Virus record (IMG/VR): IMGVR_UViG_3300050016_000171
Location: 38,830 to 102,829 of that record
DNA length: 64,000 nucleotides
Direction: 5' to 3' (one strand)
Origin: a virus
A program made the position numbers and the translations under genes. Under the pieces are notes generated by a model. That model did no database searches and was not told the origin of the DNA. It worked only from the letters and a program-made list of their open reading frames with translations. Positions 10,358-19,964 of this stretch are shown here, piece by piece; the first letter of the stretch is position 1, and each line of letters starts with the position of its first letter.

Positions 10358-11245
10358 TTAAAAATCTCCGTCCGCTACTTGATAGCACGTCAGGCCGTTC
10401 TTGCGCCACATCGCGACAACACGGTCGCGGTCGTCGATTGTGAACGCAACGCGATCTCGGGGCAGCAGGTTCAGGATGTCTTGCTTCACGAGCGTGTCGT
10501 CCCTACGATCTCCCGCGTTACGCATGAAGATGTGATGATAGGGCACGTTGTTCTTCGCAAGCCACTCCACCGTGCTGAACGCCGACGACCCCGCGTCTCT
10601 GCCGGACACGATGACAACCACGTGGGTTTCGTACAGGCCCCGCACCCAGTCCACGACCACCGAGAAAGGGGGATCGGCCAGAATCAAATCGTCGCGGTAA
10701 AAATAGTTCCAATCAACTTTCCCATTTTCTCGAAGTTTGCGCCTATGGCTGGTATCGGACAGTGTGCCGTCCACGTCCACGATCACGATGGGCTTGTTGG
10801 CGGGCCACTGGATCAGGCCGCGCGATAGCGCGAATCGCTCGACGACTACGCGGCCAACCTGCGCGCCACCCTTGGAGTACTTCCCCGCTCGCAGCGCATC
10901 CCGCCTTACACACTCGTCCACTGACACGTCGAAGAACTTGACCTCGACTGCCAAGCCCCACGCATTAGCCAACTCGGTCCAGTAATTTACGTGGCGGTCG
11001 CTCAGATTCGTGTTGTCAATCAGGAGATTGTACCCATCTCCCGCGGCTTCGTGCGCGGCGAGATACGCGCGCTCAATCACGCGCTTCTCATTGGCTTTGG
11101 AAAACTTGTAGTTAGGAGATTCATGGCGAATGTCGTCCCACGACACTCGGGCCCACTTGTGGGGCTCGCGCTCCATCAGATCGTGGCAGTACGTGCTCTT
11201 CCCACTCGCCGGGAGACCGCTCAGTATTCGCATGATGCCGGGCAT
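10358..11245 (-). CDS. pseT: polynucleotide 5'-kinase/3'-phosphatase (T4 PseT-like)
   Basis: GLPASGKST P-loop, IDNTNL, HAD motif DVDGT, SGR, IDDR, CYQVADGDF C-terminus. Confidence 0.9.
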   Translation of the reverse strand: MPGIMRILSGLPASGKSTYCHDLMEREPHKWARVSWDDIRHESPNYKFSKANEKRVIERAYLAAHEAAGDGYNLLIDNTNLSDRHVNYWTELANAWGLAVEVKFFDVSVDECVRRDALRAGKYSKGGAQVGRVVVERFALSRGLIQWPANKPIVIVDVDGTLSDTSHRRKLRENGKVDWNYFYRDDLILADPPFSVVVDWVRGLYETHVVVIVSGRDAGSSAFSTVEWLAKNNVPYHHIFMRNAGDRRDDTLVKQDILNLLPRDRVAFTIDDRDRVVAMWRKNGLTCYQVADGDF

Positions 11246-11255
11246 TGGCCCTCCT

Positions 11256-11663
11256 TTAAGTGTGCTTAGGATATATCAAAAATAGGTGTTTGTCAAGTCT
11301 TTTCGCGTATCGAATTGTCGCCCAAGTACCGGACCGAAGTACCTCAGTGTCTTCGCCCGGCGCCGCGACCATCAGATCGCAAGCCTTGACGATGTTATGG
11401 TTGCGCGTCAAGTACTCCCGGGGCGTTTCTGTTCGACCGGACTCTACCCAAGCGCGCTTCGCAGTGTGTATCGGCGGAAACGTCCAGATGCCGTACTTCA
11501 TATCCCGGGCGATTCTCACAGCCTCGGCGTCCGCACCGATGCAGTCGCCGTGAAGAAACCATAACTCCTCGCCCCAATCCTCATAGATGCGCAAAAAGGC
11601 TTCGAGGACTTCTTTCTGGAAGTCCGTCATGCCCCGTTGCGTTCCTGTGAATCCGATTTTCAT
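11256..11663 (-). CDS. SLOG/DprA-like nucleotide-binding protein
   Basis: IGFTGT, HGDCIGAD, RNHNIV, RSGTWATIRYA. Confidence 0.75.
   Translation of the reverse strand: MKIGFTGTQRGMTDFQKEVLEAFLRIYEDWGEELWFLHGDCIGADAEAVRIARDMKYGIWTFPPIHTAKRAWVESGRTETPREYLTRNHNIVKACDLMVAAPGEDTEVLRSGTWATIRYAKRLDKHLFLIYPKHT
11268..11296 (-). promoter_or_regulatory. sigma70-type promoter upstream of the PNK gene
   Basis: TTGACA-17 bp-TATCCT. Confidence 0.75.
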
Positions 11664-11910
11664 ATTTACTCCACGCAGACCCATCGAGGGGCGTGATTGA
11701 TTCCGCATCTCACACATTTTGCGTGATGCGTATAAATGGGCATCCACCCCGACATCGCAGCGCACGTAAAGGAGCAGAATACTGGAATCAATTCATCGCG
11801 CTCGTCTGGCACCTCAACGTATTGAACTCCGCGCGAAGCGCCCTCCGGGTCTGCCCAATGCCGTCGGCGATCAGCGCAACCCTGATGCGTCATGTAGCAG
11901 GGTTGACGTC

Positions 11911-12405
11911 TCACGAGTTCACCCTTCTGATCCAGCCGATAATAAATTGACGTTCGGCGGGATGCTCGCTGCCGATATCAAAAGAATGCTGAGCCAATAC
12001 AGTCTTGAACGCCGACAGAAGCGAAAGGGGCTCGGCTCCGTTCACTGCGGCCAGCGTTTGGGGCCCGAAGTTCCCATCAATACTCAGCTGAAGAACGCCC
12101 TGAATCAAGTGCACAGCCTCGCCCACGCCGAAGAGCACGCCCATATCGAATATTTTCGATGCCACAGACTGGTCCTCGATAGACCAATATAGTGGGTTGT
12201 TGTAACGTTGCGGCTGTGTAGTCGTCTCGTACCACTGCGCGGCCTCGGCGGATGTCAGCGTGCGAACATCTTTGCCCGGCATCGTGAGATTCAGATCCCG
12301 TTGAGTGATGCCGAAATTCGTGGCGCCCCCGGGATCAGCAGGGTTATCCACAAAGCCGCCCTCGTGTTGAAGCGTCAGCAGTACCGCTATTGTGAAATCA
12401 GCCAT
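11911..12405 (-). CDS. endolysin, glycoside hydrolase family 108 with a peptidoglycan-binding domain
   Basis: HEGGFVDNPADPGGATNFGIT; FDMGVLFG; IDGNFGPQT; F..GW.RRV C-terminus. Confidence 0.92.
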   Translation of the reverse strand: MADFTIAVLLTLQHEGGFVDNPADPGGATNFGITQRDLNLTMPGKDVRTLTSAEAAQWYETTTQPQRYNNPLYWSIEDQSVASKIFDMGVLFGVGEAVHLIQGVLQLSIDGNFGPQTLAAVNGAEPLSLLSAFKTVLAQHSFDIGSEHPAERQFIIGWIRRVNS

Positions 12406-12774
12406 TCTTCCCCTCCCGATGAAACGTATCATGCCCCCCGATTTGCACTGAATCGAGATGGTTATATCCGTCTTCAACCGCAAGAATGAAACTAGCACCT
12501 GCCCAATTCCGCAGGGCCTGCCAGAATCGCTCCTCGGGGTGCAGCAGACAATAAGCTATGAAATCTACCAACACTTTGCTGTTGCGCGTCTCAGTAACCC
12601 ACTTCGCGGGTGCCAGATTGGCGCGCACCTTGCCTAGCGAGGCGGGATCGTCCATCTCTCCGTAATAGGTTCCGTCCACGCAGCGACAATTGGAGCCCTT
12701 GCAGAATTCGCCCGCTGCGCAGCTACCGTGCTCGCTATTGGGATGCGGACACCCGCAATTAGGATTTACATAAC

Positions 12775-13437
12775 TCATTGTCCTACCTCCAATTCGTACG
12801 TGGACAGCTCGGACACGCACGTGAACTTCGTCTTGTAGCCCGGCGCGTGAACTTCCTTATCAACGTGGTAGTGGCCGAAGACCCACTCCTCGGGTTGATG
12901 CGCGTCGAGCATGGCCTGCAAGGCTCCGCACGTCCGAGACGTGCCGCAGGCCTGCTTCGCCATCCAATACGGGCCCATCAAATTGTAAAGTAGAGTCTTG
13001 TTGACGATCTCGGGGCAGTCGTGGCTCAACATGATCCGCGGTTTGGCCGCAATGTACATGTCGATGATCCTATCGAATACCCCATACGACAACTCTTCGT
13101 CGCACCACCAACTGATACCTTCGATGCGCATGTCACGGTCGATGCTCCACGCTCCGGCCACGTGAAAGATGTCGGTCTCTTTATCGTATCCCCAGTCACC
13201 GCGGTAGTTGCCATGTCGGCGGCACTTCTCGGGGTCGTCGTGATTGCCACGGAAGAAAGTATGGTTGCCCGTCGGCATAGTCGTGCCCGGGGGCGGCAGA
13301 CCCACGCCCTTGAAACCCAGTCCCATGTCGCCCACCTGAATACTCGTGGCGTGCGGGGCCTGCCCTTCCAGTTTTCGCAGAAGGTGGACGTACTGACCCG
13401 TCTTTCCGTGTACGTCGCCTATGATTGTGATCTTCAC
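12775..13437 (-). CDS. calcineurin-like metallophosphoesterase
   Basis: GDVHG, QVGD, RGNHD, SHDCP, FGHYH. Confidence 0.9.
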   Translation of the reverse strand: MKITIIGDVHGKTGQYVHLLRKLEGQAPHATSIQVGDMGLGFKGVGLPPPGTTMPTGNHTFFRGNHDDPEKCRRHGNYRGDWGYDKETDIFHVAGAWSIDRDMRIEGISWWCDEELSYGVFDRIIDMYIAAKPRIMLSHDCPEIVNKTLLYNLMGPYWMAKQACGTSRTCGALQAMLDAHQPEEWVFGHYHVDKEVHAPGYKTKFTCVSELSTYELEVGQ

Positions 13438-15451
13438 TTAGACCACCTCCGCTGGAAATATTTTGTTAGCAAAAAGGGCGTATTCTGTGTTCACCATTTG
13501 TAGTTTTTCCAGAGTAACTTTGCGCCAGCCTTCTCGCTCGAATCGCGTCACCACTACATCATCGTCTAGTACTTCAAGCCTCCCATCAGGTATGGCTTCA
13601 ATTGACGTGCCACTAACCATAACTCGTGGTCCGGTTGGCGGATATACATACCAAATTTTCATCATTTACCTGTCCTCCACCAGCGCGCCACACGCGCAAT
13701 GATAATCGTGAGAGCGACCCATCCGAATGAAACCGCGCACAGGGTTCGAAGAATCATAGCCGCGATCCGGGTGTCGCCAGCCCCTTGTTGATGCGGCGAG
13801 AGAGATCGGATTGCTTCTGGGCCTTCCGGGCTCGCGTTTGGAGACGGGTATTGATGATACGGATGGCCTCGCGAACGCTGTGCGTGATGTCGGGCTGATA
13901 ATTCGGAAATGATTCCGCGAATTCCAAATCGGCGTCGAACAATTCATCCGCGAGTTGCTTGGCCTCCAGCGTCCGGGGATGCCGGTGCCGAAGAATTCTG
14001 CCCTTGAAGCGCGCGGCGCCCATCAGTCCGTTGCGCGTCTTGGGCGCGATCAAAATGGTCTTCTCGTCCTCCGGTAGTTGCAGGCCGGTCTCCGCGTCCA
14101 GCTCGTAGTGCGCCGTGGAGTAGGTCAGATCGGCATGTACGACCGCGGAACGGTGGCGCCCCAGAACGCAGCCCGGGTTTCCGCAACGGGTCATCTTACC
14201 CAGACCCGGATTACGCTCGCTGTAGGACTTGGCGTAGTGTTCCGCGTGGTATCGGAGTGTTGCCTTGGCGACTTCAGAGAGTTCGCCCACCACATTGATT
14301 CGAATCATAGCCCCTCCTAAAATGGTCGAATTTTCATGCCCTTCAAAAGTTTAATATCCAGATCGGTAAGCATACGGTCGAACTTTTTCGCGCCCTCATC
14401 GTCCCCGTAATGATAACGGTTGCCGCCAACCTGCCCGGCCTTCTCGGCCCTCTCGCGAAAAGTCGTACCGTCGGGGCAAACGTGCTCCGAAGGCCGACAC
14501 GTGTAAACCCCCTTACACCAAAAGCAAACGATGCCCTGCGGCAGCTCGCCTTGCGGCATGATTACTCCCCTTCTTTTTCCTCGATCTTCACGCGCGTCCA
14601 ATAGCCGCCCGTGCGTCCGTCGTTGTAGAGCGTGAAGACTTGCTTGGTGCGCCCTACCTTTTTATCCTTCTCCCACTTCTCGCGGCTCGCTCCGTTCTTC
14701 TCATTGCTAGCTCGTCGGGGCATCAGGCCCTCCTTCGTTCTCCATAGCCGCTGCGTCCACGCCCATGGAATCGTTGACCAGTTCGACAACCTCGGCCAGT
14801 TTGTTCTCGGCGCCCATAAACTCCTCGACCGGCGTCTCGGCCATTGTTGGTGCCATCGCTTGAAGCGCGGCGTACGCTCTGTCATACTTCGCTTGAAGAT
14901 CATCGTAATGAGCGAGAGGAACCGCGTCCACCCACTTCGAAGCCACAAGGGCCTCTCCCAAGACGATTGCTTCGTCGTACTTCGTCAATAGGAAGCGAGT
15001 GTCGTCCGGTGTCACCGCCAGCTTCGCGTCCAGAAGATTGCGAATGCTCTTGATGATTTCTTGGGGCGTACGTTCCGCCAACTTTGTCTTCTCGCTCTTC
15101 TTGACCGAACGTCCAGCCTGTTCTCCTACGGTGTGTCCCATTAGAGTTTGCCTCCTTCGTCTTGGATTTGATTCTCGGCCCGCACTGAAATCGATTTTAC
15201 TGCGAACATGCTCGCCACTTCGAGGGATTCCCGAACGGCTTGAAATTCCCGATCACCTGCGAACGTCAAATTATTGGCGCAAAGGACCGTCAACTGAGTC
15301 AGGGCCTTGTCGAAGATCTGGCGCACTTCCAAAACTTTGTTGACGCCTCTTGAGTTCAAGGCATACGTTTTGAATTCCTTATTTTGAATGTCCATAATTC
15401 CTCCTTGTACATCTATGATGCGAATCTTACATGTTGGTGGGATGAAGAATC

Positions 15452-15901
15452 TCACCACACACCGTCCATGCCTCCCGACATCGCGACGCCCAGCATGCAC
15501 GCCGTCCACTCTTTGCCGTGCGATCCTTTGCCGTCGTGCTCCGCGACTCCGTAAGTCTGGATGTGACACATCTCGTGAATCATGGACTCGATAGCAACGG
15601 TCTGCGCGACGTTCGCGTAGGGCGCGATGTGAATCGAGCACGCCGAAGGCTTCATCGTAACGATATCGAGACTGCATTCCGTTGAGCCCACGTCCTCCGG
15701 TTCGTCCGGGTCCGGCGCGTAGATGATCGCGGTGTCCTTCGGCAACCGTCCACCGAAATACTCGTCGTTGTAGGTGGAGTAGATGCCCTCTAAAAATTCC
15801 GTGTTCACCGCCGATTTTCGCGCGGCGTTCGCCGCGACAGCGTGAAGCGAACCACCGACGATAATCATAACTGCGACACACAGTGCTGTAATCTTTTTCA
15901 T
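15452..15901 (-). CDS. SprT-like zinc metalloprotease with a signal peptide
   Basis: YN.EYFGG.LP, HEMCH, HGKEW; hydrophobic N-terminus. Confidence 0.8.
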   Translation of the reverse strand: MKKITALCVAVMIIVGGSLHAVAANAARKSAVNTEFLEGIYSTYNDEYFGGRLPKDTAIIYAPDPDEPEDVGSTECSLDIVTMKPSACSIHIAPYANVAQTVAIESMIHEMCHIQTYGVAEHDGKGSHGKEWTACMLGVAMSGGMDGVW

Positions 15902-15923
15902 TGGGCCTCCTGACTACTCAACC

Positions 15924-15952
15924 ATCCTACTATACTTCGACGTGAATGTCAA
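15924..15952 (-). promoter_or_regulatory. sigma70-type promoter
   Basis: TTGACA-17 bp-TAGGAT; spacer ends in AAGTATAG as in the 4513 and 41921 copies. Confidence 0.8.
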
Positions 15953-16668
15953 GCACTATTTTGGTGCCCGCCTGCCGTGCGCTCATCCGCGGTAAAAGGG
16001 AAGAGGCAACGGCCCTCCATAGGATCGTTGATGGATTCCGGTGCGCCGTACGCCCTAGAGCCTACCTTACGCTGATTGCCGACCAAGTGCGGCGCGCCGT
16101 CCTTGTTTTCAATGACTTGGCCGTCCTCAACCGTCAAACCGTAAAACAGGAGTGCGCGGGCCTCCATGTGCATTTCATGAATCATCTCGATCTTCTTGAT
16201 TGAGGCGCCCACGGCGTTGATGTAAGCCCTTTCGATATCGGCCTTGGTGATCAGGTCGATGCGGGGAACCCTGCCGACGACCACAGGGCGCCATATGTGG
16301 CCTAGCGCGCCCCTCAGGGGCGTCCCCAGAGCGTTGCGCCGGGGCGGGTCAGGCTCGCACCTCAGAACTTCAGAACTTTTCGTCTTATAGGCCCACAGAG
16401 CGTGGCCGGAATCACACAAATCGATGGCCTCCCGGAACGTGATCCATTTGCGGCACTTGCAGTTAGGCCGCATCCTGTAGTATTCAGGGGCCTTAGTGAC
16501 CTCTTCGAGCCAAGATTTGGGCTCGTCCTCATCGCGCCGGGGATTGCGGACGCAAATGTATCGATTATTTGGAAGGATCTGTTCTTCCAAGGTGCCCGGC
16601 CCGTAATCTTGCAAGAGACGGCACGTGTGAACCTTCACCGAGAACTCCACAACCATAGCGCGTTTCAT
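15949..16668 (-). CDS. hypothetical protein
   Basis: 239-aa ORF coupled to the upstream HNH gene by an ATGA overlap. Confidence 0.65.
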   Translation of the reverse strand: MKRAMVVEFSVKVHTCRLLQDYGPGTLEEQILPNNRYICVRNPRRDEDEPKSWLEEVTKAPEYYRMRPNCKCRKWITFREAIDLCDSGHALWAYKTKSSEVLRCEPDPPRRNALGTPLRGALGHIWRPVVVGRVPRIDLITKADIERAYINAVGASIKKIEMIHEMHMEARALLFYGLTVEDGQVIENKDGAPHLVGNQRKVGSRAYGAPESINDPMEGRCLFPFTADERTAGGHQNSA

Positions 16669-17210
16669 GGCTGCAGCCTTTCAAGAATTTCTTTGATGTG
16701 GTAGATGAATTCCTGTTGTGAGAGTTCTTGTTTCATATAATTGCAAATTTTACAGCAAGAAGTGCAATTTTCAGGCGTATACCCTAACGAGTTGTTCTTC
16801 CTGTCGATGCCATTGTAAAAATAGGATTGCCCGTTTTTCTTCTGTTTACCGTTATGCGCTCGATGTTTGCTTTCTTGAGATGGTGATTCGCCGCAGTAAA
16901 AGCAATCAGCGGATGTGAGTTCTCGAACAAGAGTTAGAGAAAGATGAAAATCTTTATTCGTTCGTTTGGCGTTTTCTCGATAACATCTAAAGACGGCTCT
17001 AAAAGCTGCCTCATCTCCTACCAGCCGTGTTTGGCATTTTCCGCAACCACGACTCTTTCCCGCCAATAGATTTCGACCATAAATTGACTTAGTCTTTCCG
17101 CACGTACAGACACAATCCCAGCAAATTCGACTACTTTTTCGGGCGCTTCGCCCTAAAACTTCCCATCGGCCAAATAGCCGCCCAGATAAGTCCTTTAGTT
17201 TCATACACAA
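16665..17210 (-). CDS. HNH homing endonuclease
   Basis: DLSGRLFGRWEVL...W.C.C.CG N-terminus; CFYCG, GIDRKNNSLGYTPENC..CC..CN; AT-richer than its flanks. Confidence 0.85.
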   Translation of the reverse strand: MCMKLKDLSGRLFGRWEVLGRSARKSSRICWDCVCTCGKTKSIYGRNLLAGKSRGCGKCQTRLVGDEAAFRAVFRCYRENAKRTNKDFHLSLTLVRELTSADCFYCGESPSQESKHRAHNGKQKKNGQSYFYNGIDRKNNSLGYTPENCTSCCKICNYMKQELSQQEFIYHIKEILERLQP

Positions 17211-17247
17211 TACCCTTTAGAGACTGGATCGCGTTTCACGGAGTCCT

Positions 17248-17274
17248 CTCAAAACCTGTTCCTACACAGGCATG
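17248..17274 (-). promoter_or_regulatory. 27-bp phage motif CATGCCTG-N6-AACAGGTTTTGAG, copy 1
   Basis: Identical to 36120-36146 and 36638-36664; a variant occurs at 48607-48633. Confidence 0.8.
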
Positions 17275-17672
17275 ACTTTCGGTCGACCTCGGGGCTTTCC
17301 TCCCAAGATCCCATGACCATCTGCCCTACAACCCGCTGCGACCCGTTTGATGTTTCGCACCAACGTGTCCACAGTCACGTAGTTCAAATTCATCTCTGCC
17401 GAAATTTGACCACGAGTCTGCTTCATACGAAAGTACAAATGGATGATCCGCATCCAGCGACCGGCTGCTGCGGATTGTTTCTTATTTGTTTTCAACTTAG
17501 GAAATGACCGAAGCAAAATCTTTTGAATTTTGGCATCGCTATTCGCCCAATCCGGGGTCTCTTTCTGTATGCTTCTAATCACCAAAATTTGGTGGCCGGA
17601 ACGCATAAATTGTTCTTTCGGATCTATTTGTTTCGCCAACTCCCCATATGTGGGGCGCAAGTTATTCGCCAA
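17262..17672 (-). CDS. putative transcription regulator with a sigma70 region-4-like HTH
   Basis: RIIHLYFRMKQTRGQISAEMNLNYVTVDTLVRNIKR resembles the sigma-4/LuxR HTH pattern. Confidence 0.55.
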   Translation of the reverse strand: MANNLRPTYGELAKQIDPKEQFMRSGHQILVIRSIQKETPDWANSDAKIQKILLRSFPKLKTNKKQSAAAGRWMRIIHLYFRMKQTRGQISAEMNLNYVTVDTLVRNIKRVAAGCRADGHGILGGKPRGRPKVMPV

Positions 17673-17971
17673 GGGTCTCGCCCTTCTCTGGGTACAATTT
17701 TTCGATCTCGTCTGCTGTGATCACGTCCGAACCCTGATTCGCGATGTGATCTGTACCAGAAGGCTTCCCGGAGATGCGAAGATCCTTATCGAACTGATGG
17801 CTCTGAAAGTGGTCGCTCTCATCAGCTTCATCCGTCGCAGGATTATACTTACGTCCGACAGCTTCGACCTGATCCTGCCGGGGATGCTCCTTGCAAATGA
17901 ATCTTGCGTTGGGAGAAACGGCTTCCTCCGTCAGATGCACATTCGCGCAGCCCTTCACTTTGCACTGTATG

Positions 17972-19189
17972 CTATTCATTGTCGGCCTCTTCCTCTGGTG
18001 TTTCGTCCGCGAACAGGTCGTCCAGTGTCTGATCTGCGGATTGAATGAAATTTGCATCACGGTACAACTTGTCTTCCTTCACGAACGCTTGGAAGTATGG
18101 ATCGCTCGTGTCGTCGTGCGGGTATCGCACTCCGAACGTGTTGTCCCAAGTATTCGTCTTCCACGCGTTGACGATGCTCTGAATCTGGCGCCCGGCCACG
18201 CGTCCTGCTGTTGCCGCGCTCTCCTTAGTGACGAACGAGGCATTAAACTGTACACGGCAGCGAGTAATGGCTGACGCCGGAACCTTGCATGCGTTCTGAG
18301 CCAACCACATCTCTTTGCGCGCTACTGCGGCCTTGGTCGTGTCAAGCTTCCCGTCCGGCTTACGGCCCTGAGCCTTCTCCATTTCCTCGATCTGGAAGGT
18401 TCCGGCCAACAGCCACCAAAGATCGTTCTCGTCTTCGGCCCCCACCACCGCCTCCGTGCCAGCTTTATACGCTCCGGCGTCCACCAACAACGTTACGATA
18501 CGGCCCTTCGCCAACTTGGTGCTGGCTTTCTTGAACCAAAGGAACGCCACGTCCCGAATGTCCGCGAGCCAGCTGTAGCGGCGCAACTGCATATCGAATC
18601 TCGACATGCCTTGAGACTCATGGAAGTCCTTCGCTCCTGTTTTGATGTCTACGATTAACGGTCGCAGTATACCATACTCTGCCCTCCATGTCAAGGGCGG
18701 AAGTAAGGGATGTGCAGGATCTACATAACACACGATATCCAGCTTCCCGGCGTCTTCGATCTCGCCGTAGTTGGAGTCTCCGGGGTAAACCTCCTTGGCG
18801 TACTCCCTCTGGAACACGCTCTGGGCCCCCATGGGGATCGGCAGAGAGGGTTGCCTAAGGATGTACAGTTTCATCATGTCAACGCCACAGCGGTTCAGGT
18901 TCTCCCAATCCTTTTCGGTCTTGGAGAACTTCAGATCCTTCTGCTCCTTGTGCGCCCCCCACTCAGCCTCGAATGTTTCAATGCCGCGGACCCCGTTGTT
19001 CTCATGATAGAACTGGATCGCGGTTTCCAGCGCGCGCCCGAACTTGAACGCGGCCTTATTGTCTATAGGCTTCCAGCCTTCGACGCGCCTCAGGTAATAC
19101 TTGAGGGGGCATTGGTCGAAGTCCAGTCCTGCGCTGTATGAGTGTTTGCGCCACGCTTGACCCTTCTGGTTCACATATAGAACAGCCAT
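17972..19189 (-). CDS. PD-(D/E)XK nuclease (Cas4/AddB-like exonuclease)
   Basis: SYS...CPLKYYL, FG.A, GKLD, IVDIKTG, QLRRY. Confidence 0.8.
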   Translation of the reverse strand: MAVLYVNQKGQAWRKHSYSAGLDFDQCPLKYYLRRVEGWKPIDNKAAFKFGRALETAIQFYHENNGVRGIETFEAEWGAHKEQKDLKFSKTEKDWENLNRCGVDMMKLYILRQPSLPIPMGAQSVFQREYAKEVYPGDSNYGEIEDAGKLDIVCYVDPAHPLLPPLTWRAEYGILRPLIVDIKTGAKDFHESQGMSRFDMQLRRYSWLADIRDVAFLWFKKASTKLAKGRIVTLLVDAGAYKAGTEAVVGAEDENDLWWLLAGTFQIEEMEKAQGRKPDGKLDTTKAAVARKEMWLAQNACKVPASAITRCRVQFNASFVTKESAATAGRVAGRQIQSIVNAWKTNTWDNTFGVRYPHDDTSDPYFQAFVKEDKLYRDANFIQSADQTLDDLFADETPEEEADNE

Positions 19190-19460
19190 TAGTCTTCCTC
19201 CTCGCCGCCATCTTCTTCGTCGCCATCCCAAATGAAATCGTCGTCGTCATCGTCCTCTTCGAGGACGTCTTCTGGGTCTTCGAAATCGTCGCTGTCCTCG
19301 CCAAACATCATTTCGTCGAGACGCCTGAGAACTACACCCTCTTCGTCGATCTCCTGAGGGTCGCGCGAGGCGCAAGTCTTGCAGGTGTTCCGCTCGTACT
19401 CGTAATACTCTTCGAAGTCATCCTGCGTTTTGATTGTGGCGCAAACATCGCAAAAGTGGA

Positions 19461-19964
19461 TCATAGAGTCTCCTTAGATTCTCGAAGTTTCCGCAAAGCG
19501 GGGGCGACAAATTCCATCATCTCCCCATATGTCAAATGGTCGAGTTTAATCCTGTTGCAGCGTACACAACACGGCACTACATTGTTTGCAGAATATGAAC
19601 CTCGCGGGTCTACTTTATCTAAAGAGTATCCTCTTATACCCAAAGGCCCGAGACAATAGTGGCACCCGTTAAAACTCAACAAACCAATAAAGAAATTCGT
19701 ACGCCATAACGGATCGCTCTTAGAGACTTTGGTTTTCTTTAAAAAGAACACCAATCGTGCGTGCCGAAACGAAAAGGTTTGCTGTAAGCGCGATCTCTCT
19801 TCGCCGTGAGTTGCATAGTGCCTCTTAAAATACAATCGCATTTCGGCAGCATGTTGGGTACGATACTTCTTCGCGCAGATTCGGCACCATCCTCTTGTTC
19901 GTCTGAGGACCGAAGGCGAGGCGGTCTTCTTTGTCAACTCGCATCTACACTTATAGCATTTCAT
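19461..19964 (-). CDS. HNH endonuclease
   Basis: CHYCLG, SLDKVDPRGSYSANNVVPCCVRCNRIK. Confidence 0.8.
   Translation of the reverse strand: MKCYKCRCELTKKTASPSVLRRTRGWCRICAKKYRTQHAAEMRLYFKRHYATHGEERSRLQQTFSFRHARLVFFLKKTKVSKSDPLWRTNFFIGLLSFNGCHYCLGPLGIRGYSLDKVDPRGSYSANNVVPCCVRCNRIKLDHLTYGEMMEFVAPALRKLRESKETL

Noticed and set aside
17972-19189. Cas4 as part of a CRISPR system
   Set aside because: It is a stand-alone PD-(D/E)XK nuclease in a recombination cluster, without the full four-Cys Fe-S set or any neighbouring cas genes.
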